NCBI GenBank assembly: GCA_002256115.1
Contig: NKIK01000003.1
Coordinates: forward strand, 194,280 to 258,279
Source: Burkholderiales bacterium PBB3
GTDB lineage: Bacteria > Pseudomonadota > Gammaproteobacteria > Burkholderiales > Burkholderiaceae_C
Direction of reading: 5' to 3'
DNA: 64,000 bases
Shown: piece by piece, positions 1-8,332 of the stretch
Layout: each line of letters opens with the position of its first letter
How positions within the stretch are numbered: the first letter of the stretch is position 1
Made by a program: the position numbers and the translations under genes
Notes under the pieces: generated by a model
The model's input: only the letters and a program-made list of their open reading frames with translations
Databases searched by the model: none
Told to the model about the DNA's origin: nothing

Positions 1-50
1 TCCAACTTGCAAAAAGTGCTCTTTGTTAATTGATCAAGGAGAAAATTGAA

Positions 51-485
51 ATGGCAACTGCAAAAAAACCGGTCGCAAAAAAGGCCGCTCCCGTGAAAGC
101 TGCACCCGCTAAAAAAGCGGCACCAGCTAAAAAAGTAGCTGCTAAGAAAGCTGCACCCGCTAAAAAAGCGGCACCAGCCAAAAAAGTAGCTGCTAAGAAA
201 GCTGCACCCGCTAAAAAAGCGGCACCAGCCAAAAAGGTAGCTGCAAAGAAAGCTGCACCTGCTAAAAAAGCGGCACCCGCTGCCAAGAAAGCAACCGCTA
301 AAAAGGCCGCAGTAGCGAAAAAAGCCGCTCCCGCAGCCAAGAAGCCAGCAGCCAAAAAGGCAGCCAAAAAGCCGGCTGCGAAGAAAGCCGCGAAAGCACC
401 CGCTGCAGCGCCTGCAGCACCCGCGGCCCAGACCACGTTAAACCCTCAGGCTGCGTGGCCTTTTCCAACCGCAAGCAAGCCTTAA
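51..485 (+). CDS. Lys/Ala-rich histone H1-like nucleoid protein
   Basis: ORF 30..485. AAGGAG at 37-42 followed by ATG at 51. AKKAAP-type repeats cover most of the length; C-terminal 'NPQAAWPFP' tail; hairpin terminator downstream. Confidence 0.75.
   Translation: MATAKKPVAKKAAPVKAAPAKKAAPAKKVAAKKAAPAKKAAPAKKVAAKKAAPAKKAAPAKKVAAKKAAPAKKAAPAAKKATAKKAAVAKKAAPAAKKPAAKKAAKKPAAKKAAKAPAAAPAAPAAQTTLNPQAAWPFPTASKP
95..285 (+). repeat. 51-nt tandem repeat (17 aa, KAAPAKKAAPAKKVAAK), ~3.7 units, inside the histone-like CDS
   Basis: Units start at 95, 146, 197 and 248 with only a few substitutions, read directly from the sequence. Confidence 0.85.
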
Positions 486-507
486 ACCTTCGGGTGTAAA
501 GCTACAA

Positions 508-540
508 AGCCCGGTGCTGCAAAGCCCGGGCTTTTTTTTA
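508..540 (+). terminator. Rho-independent terminator candidate
   Basis: Stem AGCCCGG (508-514) pairs with CCGGGCT (526-532), followed by a T-run at 532-539. Lies between convergent genes. Confidence 0.6.
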
Positions 541-563
541 TGCGCGCTAGCCAAAGAAATGCG

Positions 564-1697
564 TCAGGGGTAAAACGCCAGCAAGCGGTATCCACTGATC
601 CGATCTGCAGGGGTGGCGACTTTGACGTGCACGGGAATAGTCACCGTGAGATCGCCGCCTGCGACCAAGCTGCCACTGGAAGCCCCCAGATCTGCCGCCG
701 ACAGCACGTGCCGGATCATCGGCTGCTCCTGCAGGTCCGTCAGTGTCAGCTCCACTGCAGGCGCGGCAATGTCTATGGGGGCTGTGTTCTTCAGTGTGAT
801 GTTCAGGCGGTAGACATCGCCCCGCACTTTGACGAAAGCCGAATTTTCGATAACGACAGAATCGATCTGCCGGTAGGGTGAAATTTTGCAATCCAAAGCA
901 TCACACATCGCCAGCAATGCAGGACGCAAGTCTGCAATGCTGGCGGCCAAGCGCTCACGCTCATGAAAAATAACCTGGAACGCCAGCCCCAACACCAACC
1001 CGAGGGACACGGCGGCCAAACTTCGTCGCACCCAGGGTCGACTCCAGGCACTGGGGAGTTTTGCATTGCGTAAGAAACTGGGTCGCACCGTATCCAGGGG
1101 CGGCACAGGAAGTTCAGGCTCCTGCTCGTCTGCCACCGACGCTATCTCCGCAGCCGATTTTGCCGCGTTGGGAGGCTCACGCACTGCCGATGCGCCGTGA
1201 GCACCGGGCAGACTCCATTCCACTCCTGCATCCGTGGCTACCAAGGGGTAAGCATCCGCTTCGGGCGCGACACCGTCACCGGGTAGCTCAAGGTGCAAAG
1301 CGGGTTCTGCCGCCAAGGACTCGCCCGGCCGAACATCCAACAATGGATCACGGTCAAAGGCCGATGCTTCGGGCCAATCCAATTGGGCGGCCAGCTCTTG
1401 CTCTGGTGTCGACCCCAAGGCCGGTGCTGGCTCCGGGTGTTCAAAGAATTCTGGTGATGTCGGTGTCCCGGCATCGGGCTCCGCCACCGGTTCATCGTTA
1501 GGCACAGGTGCCGTTGGGACAACCAGTGCCTCGGTGGGACGCGGCGCTAAGGCCTGCGGTTCCCCCTGCAGATGCACATTGGCATCAAACACTTCATCGC
1601 ACTTGCCGCAACGCACCCAGCCCTCGGAAACGCGAAGTTGGTCAGGTACGACCTTAAATAGTGTGGTGCAGGCAGGGCAACGGGTGATCAGGCTCAT
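564..1697 (-). CDS. MJ0042-type zinc-ribbon / DUF3426-like membrane protein
   Basis: N-terminus 'CPACTTLFKV...VRCGKCDEVFDA' (two CxxC pairs), Pro/Ala-rich linker, one TM segment, C-terminal beta-rich domain typical of DUF3426. Confidence 0.7.
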   Translation of the reverse strand: MSLITRCPACTTLFKVVPDQLRVSEGWVRCGKCDEVFDANVHLQGEPQALAPRPTEALVVPTAPVPNDEPVAEPDAGTPTSPEFFEHPEPAPALGSTPEQELAAQLDWPEASAFDRDPLLDVRPGESLAAEPALHLELPGDGVAPEADAYPLVATDAGVEWSLPGAHGASAVREPPNAAKSAAEIASVADEQEPELPVPPLDTVRPSFLRNAKLPSAWSRPWVRRSLAAVSLGLVLGLAFQVIFHERERLAASIADLRPALLAMCDALDCKISPYRQIDSVVIENSAFVKVRGDVYRLNITLKNTAPIDIAAPAVELTLTDLQEQPMIRHVLSAADLGASSGSLVAGGDLTVTIPVHVKVATPADRISGYRLLAFYP

Positions 1698-1731
1698 CGT
1701 GACGCCATTGTAGAGTCGACCTCAGCCTGGC

Positions 1732-2610
1732 TCAGGGGGTGGCAGTCATCAAAATCCAGCCGTCTTCACTGTCGGTGACTTGCAATTGGCAGTAAGGTGC
1801 ATAAGCCTCTTTTAGCTCATCCGCCTGACGCGCCAAAATGCCTGCCAGTACTAGATGCCCGTGCTCAGCTACATAGGCGCGCAGCAGCGGTGCCAACACC
1901 TTCAGCGGCGTGGCGAGGATATTGGCCAGCACCAAGTTGTACGTGCCACTGGCAAGCTCGGGCAGGCCGGCTCGCAATTGCACGCCATTCGCGCTGGCGT
2001 TCAGCTCTGTCGACTCCACGGCCGCCGTGTCAATGTCCACCGCATCGACCATGGTAGCGCCAAACTTGGCGGCACCGATAGCCAGAATGCCGGAGCCACA
2101 GCCGTAATCCAGCACCCGTGCAAAACCGGGGTGCGCCGCAATCCAGCGCAAACACATGCGTGTGGTGGGGTGCGTGCCGGTGCCAAAGGCCAAGCCTGGA
2201 TCCAGACGAATGATCTGTCGGGCCTGGGCTGGCGGCTCATGCCAGGTCGGCACGATCCAAAACTCGGGCGTGATCTCGACCGGCGCAAACTGCGACTGGG
2301 TCAAGCGCACCCAATCCTGGTCTTGCAATTCCGACAAGCCCAAGACTTCGCAACCTTCAAAGAAATCTTGCGCCAGCAGCAAGACCGAGGCTTCTTCGGC
2401 CATGGCCTTGTCTGCAAACAGCGCGGTGATGCGTGAACGCTGCCAACCATCTTTGGGAGCCGGCATGCCCGGCTCGCCAAACAAGGCCACTTCGGCGTCG
2501 GTCTGAGCGTCCGCGTCTTCCACGCTGACGCTCAAAGCCTCCAACGCATCCAGCGCGTCGCTCAGCGACTCGACCCGGTCTTGCGGGCACATCAGCATCA
2601 GTTCAAACAT
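1732..2610 (-). CDS. prmA: Ribosomal protein L11 methyltransferase
   Basis: 292 aa. 'VLDYGCGSGILAI' SAM motif and conserved 'FGTGTHPTT'. Classic position downstream of accBC. Confidence 0.9.
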   Translation of the reverse strand: MFELMLMCPQDRVESLSDALDALEALSVSVEDADAQTDAEVALFGEPGMPAPKDGWQRSRITALFADKAMAEEASVLLLAQDFFEGCEVLGLSELQDQDWVRLTQSQFAPVEITPEFWIVPTWHEPPAQARQIIRLDPGLAFGTGTHPTTRMCLRWIAAHPGFARVLDYGCGSGILAIGAAKFGATMVDAVDIDTAAVESTELNASANGVQLRAGLPELASGTYNLVLANILATPLKVLAPLLRAYVAEHGHLVLAGILARQADELKEAYAPYCQLQVTDSEDGWILMTATP

Positions 2611-2618
2611 CGCGTTGC

Positions 2619-3968
2619 CTAGCGCTTGTGCTGTTCCAGCCAGTGTTCCAGGTAGTGGATATTGGTTCCACCATCCATGAACTTGGCGTCCACCAGCAGC
2701 TCACGGTGCAACGGAATATTGGTGTTGATGCCTTCGATCACGGTCTCGGCCAACGCCGTGCGCATGCGGGCCATGGCTTGCTCGCGGGTATCGCCATGCA
2801 CAATGATTTTTCCAACCATCGAATCGTAGTTGGGTGGCACAAAGTAGTTGGTGTAGATGTGGGAGTCGACACGCACACCGGGGCCGCCTGGCGCATGCCA
2901 CACGGTCACACGACCCGGCGATGGCACAAACTTGTACGGATCTTCCGCATTCACCCGGCACTCAATGGCATGGCCACGCATCACGATGTCGCGCTGGGCA
3001 AAGGGCAATTTCTCGCCCGCCGCCACCATGATCTGGGTCTTGACGATGTCCACGCCAGTCACCATTTCGGTCACGGGGTGCTCCACCTGCACGCGGGTGT
3101 TCATTTCAATGAAGTAGAACTCGCCGTCTTCGTACAGAAACTCGAAGGTGCCCGCACCGCGGTAACCAATCTTCTTGCAGGCAGCTACACAGCGCTCGCC
3201 AATGCGTTCGATCAATTTGCGATTGATGCCCGGCGCGGGAGCCTCTTCAAGAATCTTCTGGTGGCGGCGCTGCATGGAGCAATCGCGCTCGCCCAGGTAG
3301 ACCGCGTTCTTGTGCTTGTCGGCCAGAATCTGGATTTCAATATGGCGCGGATTCTGGAGAAACTTCTCCATATACACCGCCGGATTGCCAAAGGCAGCAC
3401 CGGCTTCCGCCTTGGTCATGGCCACCGCATTGATCAGCGCAGCCTCGGTATGCACCACGCGCATGCCGCGTCCACCGCCGCCACCCGCCGCCTTGATGAT
3501 GACGGGATAGCCCACGGCCTTGGCAATGCGACGAATCTGCACCGGGTCATCGGGCAACTCGCCCTCAGAACCGGGTACGCAGGGTACGCCCGCCTTGATC
3601 ATGGCTTGCTTGGCCGACACCTTGTCGCCCATGATGCGAATGGACTCGGGTGTGGGGCCAATGAACTGGAAACCGCTTTTCTCCACACGCTCGGCAAAAT
3701 CGGCGTTTTCGCTCAAAAAGCCGTAGCCAGGGTGAATCGCCTCGGCATCGGTCACTTCGGCGGCCGAGATGATGGCCGGCATATTGAGATAGCTCAAATT
3801 GGACGGTGCAGGCCCGATACAGACGGCTTCTTCGGCCAAACGCACGTATTTAGCGTCACGGTCTGCCTCGGAATACACCATGACGGCTTTAACGCCGAGC
3901 TCGCGGCAGGCGCGTTGAATCCGCAGCGCAATTTCACCGCGATTGGCAACAAGGATCTTTTTAAACAT
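2619..3968 (-). CDS. accC: Acetyl-CoA carboxylase, biotin carboxylase subunit
   Basis: 449 aa. '[17 protein letters not shown]', '[11 protein letters not shown]' ATP-grasp glycine loop, '[14 protein letters not shown]'. Confidence 0.95.
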   Translation of the reverse strand: MFKKILVANRGEIALRIQRACRELGVKAVMVYSEADRDAKYVRLAEEAVCIGPAPSNLSYLNMPAIISAAEVTDAEAIHPGYGFLSENADFAERVEKSGFQFIGPTPESIRIMGDKVSAKQAMIKAGVPCVPGSEGELPDDPVQIRRIAKAVGYPVIIKAAGGGGGRGMRVVHTEAALINAVAMTKAEAGAAFGNPAVYMEKFLQNPRHIEIQILADKHKNAVYLGERDCSMQRRHQKILEEAPAPGINRKLIERIGERCVAACKKIGYRGAGTFEFLYEDGEFYFIEMNTRVQVEHPVTEMVTGVDIVKTQIMVAAGEKLPFAQRDIVMRGHAIECRVNAEDPYKFVPSPGRVTVWHAPGGPGVRVDSHIYTNYFVPPNYDSMVGKIIVHGDTREQAMARMRTALAETVIEGINTNIPLHRELLVDAKFMDGGTNIHYLEHWLEQHKR

Positions 3969-3985
3969 GGGGTTCGGGCGATGCC

Positions 3986-4435
3986 TTATTCGATGATGAA
4001 CAGGGGTTGCCCGTATTCGACGGCCTGGCCGTTTTCGCTCAAGATTTTGGACACCGTGCCGGATTTGTCGGCCTCAATCTCATTGAGGATCTTCATGGCC
4101 TCAATGATGCAGATCGTGTCGCCTTCTTTGACGACATCACCGATTTCCACAAACGCTTTTGCCCCCGGCGACGACGACCGGTAAAAGGTGCCCACCATGG
4201 GTGACTTGACGGTATGGCCGGTTGGCACTTCTGCGACCGGCGCGCTGACAGGGGCATCGGGCGCGGCTGGAGCCATGGGCATGGCGGCATACATGGGTTG
4301 GGGTGCGTAGGCTTGCACCATGGCACCACCGCCTTTGACGATGCGCACTTTGCCTTCGGCCTCGGTAATTTCGAGCTCCGAGACATTGGACTCGGACACC
4401 AAATCGATCAGGGTTTTAAGTTTGCGTAAATCCAT
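3986..4435 (-). CDS. accB: Biotin carboxyl carrier protein
   Basis: Start set at '[13 protein letters not shown]' (ATG 4435), matching the E. coli AccB N-terminus. Biotinylation motif '[10 protein letters not shown]'. Confidence 0.9.
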   Translation of the reverse strand: MDLRKLKTLIDLVSESNVSELEITEAEGKVRIVKGGGAMVQAYAPQPMYAAMPMAPAAPDAPVSAPVAEVPTGHTVKSPMVGTFYRSSSPGAKAFVEIGDVVKEGDTICIIEAMKILNEIEADKSGTVSKILSENGQAVEYGQPLFIIE

Positions 4436-4604
4436 GGAATCTCCAACAACGGCCATTTGGGCAAGCGGCGAATTTACAGCAAAACCACCGAAATGACGAT
4501 AAATTTATTTATTTTTAGCCAATTGGGCTTAAAAATTATGCAGCCCGGTAAAGACTGAGGATGAATTGCTAGCGCGTTCCGTGCCAAAATTTAGGGCGAA
4601 CACC

Positions 4605-5198
4605 CTATTTTAAACCAGCCCAGAGCGCCAACTCTTCAGGAGTTACCCGACCCATCTTGCGGTGCAAGATGGAGCCATCGGCGCTCAACACCACGCTAAA
4701 AGGCAAGCCACCGGTCAGGTTGCCCATGGCGCGTGTCAGCTCGGTGCCCGCCAAACCGGCCATACCCACCGAAAAATCCAGCGGCGACTTCTGCAAAAAG
4801 GCCTGCACCGGTTGCAGCTTGTCCACGGCCAGGCCCAGCACCTGCCAGCCATTGGCTTTATTTTTCAAATAAAAGTCATTGATCAAAGGCAGCTCTTCCA
4901 CGCACGGCGGGCACCAGGTTGCCCAAAAATTGAGCAGCAGAGGTTTACCGGCCAGGCTTTTCATGGGAAGCGTTGTGCCCTGGGGGGTGGGCCATTCGGT
5001 TTGCCAAAAACCTTCTGGCGGCGGCGTACCGGCTGGCGCAGCCACGACCGGCGGGGCGGCTTGGCGCCACCAAGCCAAACCTAGCCCAGCAACCGCAGCT
5101 GCACCCCCCACCGCAACCATGAGTGCGCGCCGCCCCGGCGCGAGCAAGGTGGACGATGCGCCGGGCGTGGCGACGGGTGGTACTGCAGGCTTCTTCAT
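4605..5198 (-). CDS. TlpA/redoxin-family thiol:disulfide oxidoreductase, exported
   Basis: 'FWATWCPPCVEELP' thioredoxin CxxC motif; N-terminal signal/TM region. Confidence 0.8.
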   Translation of the reverse strand: MKKPAVPPVATPGASSTLLAPGRRALMVAVGGAAAVAGLGLAWWRQAAPPVVAAPAGTPPPEGFWQTEWPTPQGTTLPMKSLAGKPLLLNFWATWCPPCVEELPLINDFYLKNKANGWQVLGLAVDKLQPVQAFLQKSPLDFSVGMAGLAGTELTRAMGNLTGGLPFSVVLSADGSILHRKMGRVTPEELALWAGLK

Positions 5199-5788
5199 AG
5201 GGCCTGATCATGCAGCAAACTGCGCAGGGCCGCCGCATCGCCCCGGGGACTGCGACCGCGGTGGTCGGGTTTCAGGGCGCCGCGCAGGTCGTCAAAGTCG
5301 TAAATCAGCAGGTGCACGCCCACGTGCTCCCCCAGCTCCGCGCTGCGCGCCTGGATGCTCAAGGCCTCCACCCGCTCGCCGGTAAAGCCGGTGACGGTGC
5401 TGGGGTCATAACGCACGCCCAGGTCGATCAGACCGATCTCCGCAGATTTGGGGTCATCGCAAAACAATTGCAGGTAAATATCTGAGCGGCGCGTGGCCGT
5501 GCCATGCCAGACCGCGCCGCCAATATAGGGGCGAAACCGCTGCAGCCGGTCCATCCAGCCCAATGCCAGACCGCGCAGCGCGCGCAGCTCCTGCGGCTGG
5601 GTGTCGGCACAAAACAGCGCGATGTAGTCCTCTACATGCGCTTCCAACAGCGCGTTGTCGGGCAAGGCGGTGCGCTCGGGCAGGCCGAGCTGCTTCACAG
5701 CGCGGCGTTTGGCTCCGCCATATTCCAAACCCTCTTCCACCACCAGGCGGGCGGCCACGGCGGCAATTTCTTCTTTCAAGGTATCCAT
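5195..5788 (-). CDS. Conserved hypothetical protein
   Basis: ORF 5195..5803 with coding-like composition; 4-nt overlap with the downstream redoxin gene. I recognise no motif. Start at 5803 or 5788. Confidence 0.5.
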   Translation of the reverse strand: MDTLKEEIAAVAARLVVEEGLEYGGAKRRAVKQLGLPERTALPDNALLEAHVEDYIALFCADTQPQELRALRGLALGWMDRLQRFRPYIGGAVWHGTATRRSDIYLQLFCDDPKSAEIGLIDLGVRYDPSTVTGFTGERVEALSIQARSAELGEHVGVHLLIYDFDDLRGALKPDHRGRSPRGDAAALRSLLHDQAL

Positions 5789-5837
5789 AGGAACATTGTG
5801 CATGCACTGCGTTCGACCTAGTTTGCTACAGTTTTAG

Positions 5838-6390
5838 GTTGCGGTAGGAGCGGAGGTTACCCCCCTCGCCCCCCCGCACAGATCCGTACGTGCGGAATTA
5901 CCGCATGCGGCTCTTGCCTCAGGTAGGTGACGCATAGAAACGATCCTCCGGGTAAGGGTGCAAACTGCGTATGGGTGGTATGAACCGCTGGGCAATACGG
6001 CTGAACCTGCATCATGGCATCTTGGGCTTCTGGCTTCTATGGCTTGGGGCCTTGCCTGTTCCGCCCGTGCCGCGTGGCTCGGGCACCGATGAGATCTCCC
6101 AGCTTCCGAGTAGATCGCTTCCCGGCATGCTCAGGGTCTCAGACCGCGCGGGGTCACAGCATGTCTTGCGATTGACGTCATGCTGCGTGTTGCCTTCTGG
6201 CATAGCAACACCATGGGCACCCCGATTGAATGATTTCGCGGCTCAATGGCTGGCCTGCTGGTCTCCCCTGTCAACGCTTCGATCCACACATCGCGGTGTG
6301 CAACGCATGACTCGGGGCCAGAGTGAGTTCGCTATTTTTTCCCTGTATTGGACTTCCACCAACTACGATCCACCGCCTTTGCCGGCGCAC
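5838..6390 (-). mobile_element. Group II intron-like ribozyme element, apparently ORF-less (553 nt)
   Basis: Read on the minus strand. 5' end GUGCGCCGGCAAAGGCGGUG (6390 downward) resembles the group II consensus 5' GUGCG. Domain V-like GAGCCGCAUGCGGUAAUUCCGCACGUACGGAUC at 5913..5881 has the AGC triad and AC bulge. Domain VI-like GC-rich hairpin has a GUAA loop and a bulged A 7 nt before a terminal AC at 5838. No RT/maturase ORF lies inside. Confidence 0.5.
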
Positions 6391-6456
6391 TGCTATATAT
6401 TTAATAGCTTCTCCCGCACTATCCACAGCCTGAATGGCCGGTTTGGCTTAAATCCA
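6391..6456 (+). repeat. Dispersed repeat, copy 1 (variant core CTTCTCCCGCACTATCCACAG)
   Basis: Aligns with copies 5 and 11 across the core and the right arm '...GCCTGAATGGCCGGTTTGGCTTAAATCC'. Abuts the intron 5' end. Confidence 0.8.
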
Positions 6457-6459
6457 AGG

Positions 6460-6990
6460 GGTAATCCCCCGGCTGTGCCGGGGTGACAGTAGAAGTTTGA
6501 CATTTGCGTTGGTATGGGTGTTCATCGCAGAAACTTCCAATCGTGAGCCGCCAAGCACACGAAAGGAAAAGAGGCGATGGACAAGATAGAAAACCTAAAC
6601 CACACGAAGTGGGACTGCAAGTACCACGTAGTGTCCATACCGAAGGATCGAAGAAAAGTACTGTACGGGCAATTGAGAGTGCACCTCGGAGAGGTATTTC
6701 GGGGGCTGGCCCAACACAAGGAGAGCCAGATAGAGGAAGGGCATTTAATGGCCGACCACGTCCACATGATGATCTCGATACCGCCGAAATACACGGTGTC
6801 CAACGTGGTGGGTTACATCAAGGGGAAAAGCGCGATACACCTAGCTCGGGTGTATGGGGAGAGAAAGAGAAATTTCACGGGGCAAAGCTTCTGGGCGCGG
6901 CGTTACTTTGTCTCGACCGTGGGATGAGACGAGGTATAGCCGCTTTGAGCGGCTCACAATATTGAAAACCCCCGGCTTTGCCGAGGGATG
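6460..6990 (+). mobile_element. Decayed IS200-family element
   Basis: Truncated tnpA flanked by similar subterminal hairpins: CCCCGGC-TGT-GCCGGGG (6467-6483) and CCCCGGC-TTT-GCCGAGG (6970-6986). Confidence 0.6.
6577..6927 (+). pseudogene. IS200-type Y1 (HUH) transposase TnpA, C-terminally disrupted
   Basis: 'HTKWDCKYHVVSIPKDRR', HUH motif 'DHVHMMISIPPK', 'FWARRYFVSTVG' then a stop. The usual C-terminal helix with the catalytic Tyr is missing or frameshifted ('DETRYSRFE' sits in another frame). Confidence 0.7.
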
Positions 6991-6996
6991 GTTATT

Positions 6997-8100
6997 TCAC
7001 ACCAAGCTAGCCAAGGCCGCCGGTGAAAAGTCAGACAGCTCGCTGGTGCGGCCATCGCGCACTTTCAGTGCCCAGTCCGGGTCACTGATGAGGGCGCGGC
7101 CCACGGCTACCAAGTCAAAGTCGCCGCGGTCAAAGCGGCGCATCAACTCGTCCAGCGACGCGGGCTTGGAGCTTTCGCCACCAAAGGCGGCGATGAATTC
7201 ACCGCTCAGGCCCACCGAGCCGACGGTGATGGTCGGGCGGCCAGTGAGCTTTTTGGCCCAACCGGCAAAGTTGAGGTCAGAGCCTTCAAACTCGGGCTCC
7301 CAGAAACGGCGTTGCGAGCAATGGAAGATATCCGCACCTGCGTCGGCCAGGGGCTGCAGCCAGGCGGCCATTTCATCGGGCGTTTGCGCCATGCGCGCGG
7401 TGTAGTCTTGCTGCTTCCATTGCGACAGGCGAATGATGACCGGATAGTCGGGCCCCACTTCAGCACGCACCGCTTTCAAAATATCGGCCGCAAAGCGCCC
7501 GCGTGCCACCAAGTCGCTGCCGCCGTAGCGGTCGGTGCGCGTGTTCATGCCGTCCCAGAAGAACTGGTCGATCAAGTAACCATGCGCACCGTGCAGCTCG
7601 ATGCAATCAAAACCCAGGCGCTTGGCGGCACCGGCGGCCTTGGCAAAGGCGGCAATGGTGTCGGCGATGGCCGAGTCTGTCATGGGTTCACAAAACGCCT
7701 TGCCCGGCTTGGACAGGCCAGATGGGCCGTCCCACGGCATAGGTGGCAGCCAGTCGATGCGGCGGTTAGGCACAGCGCCCACATGCCAGAGCTGCGGTGC
7801 CATCACGCCACCGGCGGCATGCACGGTGTTGATGACGTCTTGCCAACCGGCCAGCGCGTCGTCGCCCCAAAAGCGGGGCACATTGGGGTCGTTGCTAGAG
7901 GCGGGGCGCTCAATCACCGTGCCCTCGGACACGATCAAACCAACTGCCGATGCAGCGCGCTTGCGGTAATACTCGCTCACGTCCTTGGTGGGCACGCCGC
8001 CGGGTGAAAAAGAGCGTGTCATGGGGGCCATGACAATGCGGTTGGCGAGCTTGAGGCTCTTCAGGGCGAAGGGTTGGAACAGCGGTGCAGCGTTAGACAT
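6997..8100 (-). CDS. Old Yellow Enzyme family NADH:flavin oxidoreductase
   Basis: 367 aa. 'LANRIVMAPMTR', 'GFDCIELHGAHGYLIDQF' OYE signatures. Confidence 0.85.
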   Translation of the reverse strand: MSNAAPLFQPFALKSLKLANRIVMAPMTRSFSPGGVPTKDVSEYYRKRAASAVGLIVSEGTVIERPASSNDPNVPRFWGDDALAGWQDVINTVHAAGGVMAPQLWHVGAVPNRRIDWLPPMPWDGPSGLSKPGKAFCEPMTDSAIADTIAAFAKAAGAAKRLGFDCIELHGAHGYLIDQFFWDGMNTRTDRYGGSDLVARGRFAADILKAVRAEVGPDYPVIIRLSQWKQQDYTARMAQTPDEMAAWLQPLADAGADIFHCSQRRFWEPEFEGSDLNFAGWAKKLTGRPTITVGSVGLSGEFIAAFGGESSKPASLDELMRRFDRGDFDLVAVGRALISDPDWALKVRDGRTSELSDFSPAALASLV

Positions 8101-8251
8101 ACAGGCAAAAGGTGAAAGAGTTGCAGATCAAACCAGTTTACGTGGGCTGGCGGGGGCGCGTGGCGCGCAGGGTCTCCCAGGCTACAGCGGCAAACTCTCT
8201 GGTTAGACTGGCCATTACGCAGGTCATTTGAATGTCTAAGCACGCTACTCA

Positions 8252-8305
8252 TTTGATAGCTGCTCCCGCACTATCCACGGGCTGGAAGGCGTATTTCTAT
8301 ATGAA
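8252..8305 (+). repeat. Dispersed repeat, copy 2 (short left-arm form)
   Basis: 'TTTGATAGCTGCTCCCGCACTATCCACGGGCTGGAAGGCG...', 28 nt upstream of the hsdM ATG. Confidence 0.8.
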
Positions 8306-8332
8306 AACTTTAGAATTAAAACTGTCACATTC

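Noticed and set aside
2628-4184. Long antisense ORFs: 2628..4184, 14366..15178, 22293..23129, 23175..24440, 32189..33559, 55233..56762 and many shorter ones
   Set aside because: Each lies opposite a gene with unmistakable family motifs (accC, hsdR, the metalloprotease and NlpC/P60 genes, a histidine kinase, valS). Their translations are Arg/Ala/Gly/His-rich low-complexity sequences typical of antisense frames in high-GC genomes.
5971-6486. 171-aa plus-strand ORF across the intron-like region
   Set aside because: It lies antisense to the structured intron-like RNA. It has no recognisable motif, runs into repeat copy 1, and has no RBS. Treated as a chance ORF in GC-rich DNA.
6577-6927. The IS200-like TnpA as the RAYT that mobilises the dispersed repeat, given its adjacency to copy 1
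   Set aside because: The protein looks like a classical IS200-group transposase and is disrupted. It is flanked by its own hairpins (CCCCGGC-N3-GCCGGGG), which are unrelated to the dispersed repeat. The adjacency is more simply explained as clustering of junk DNA.
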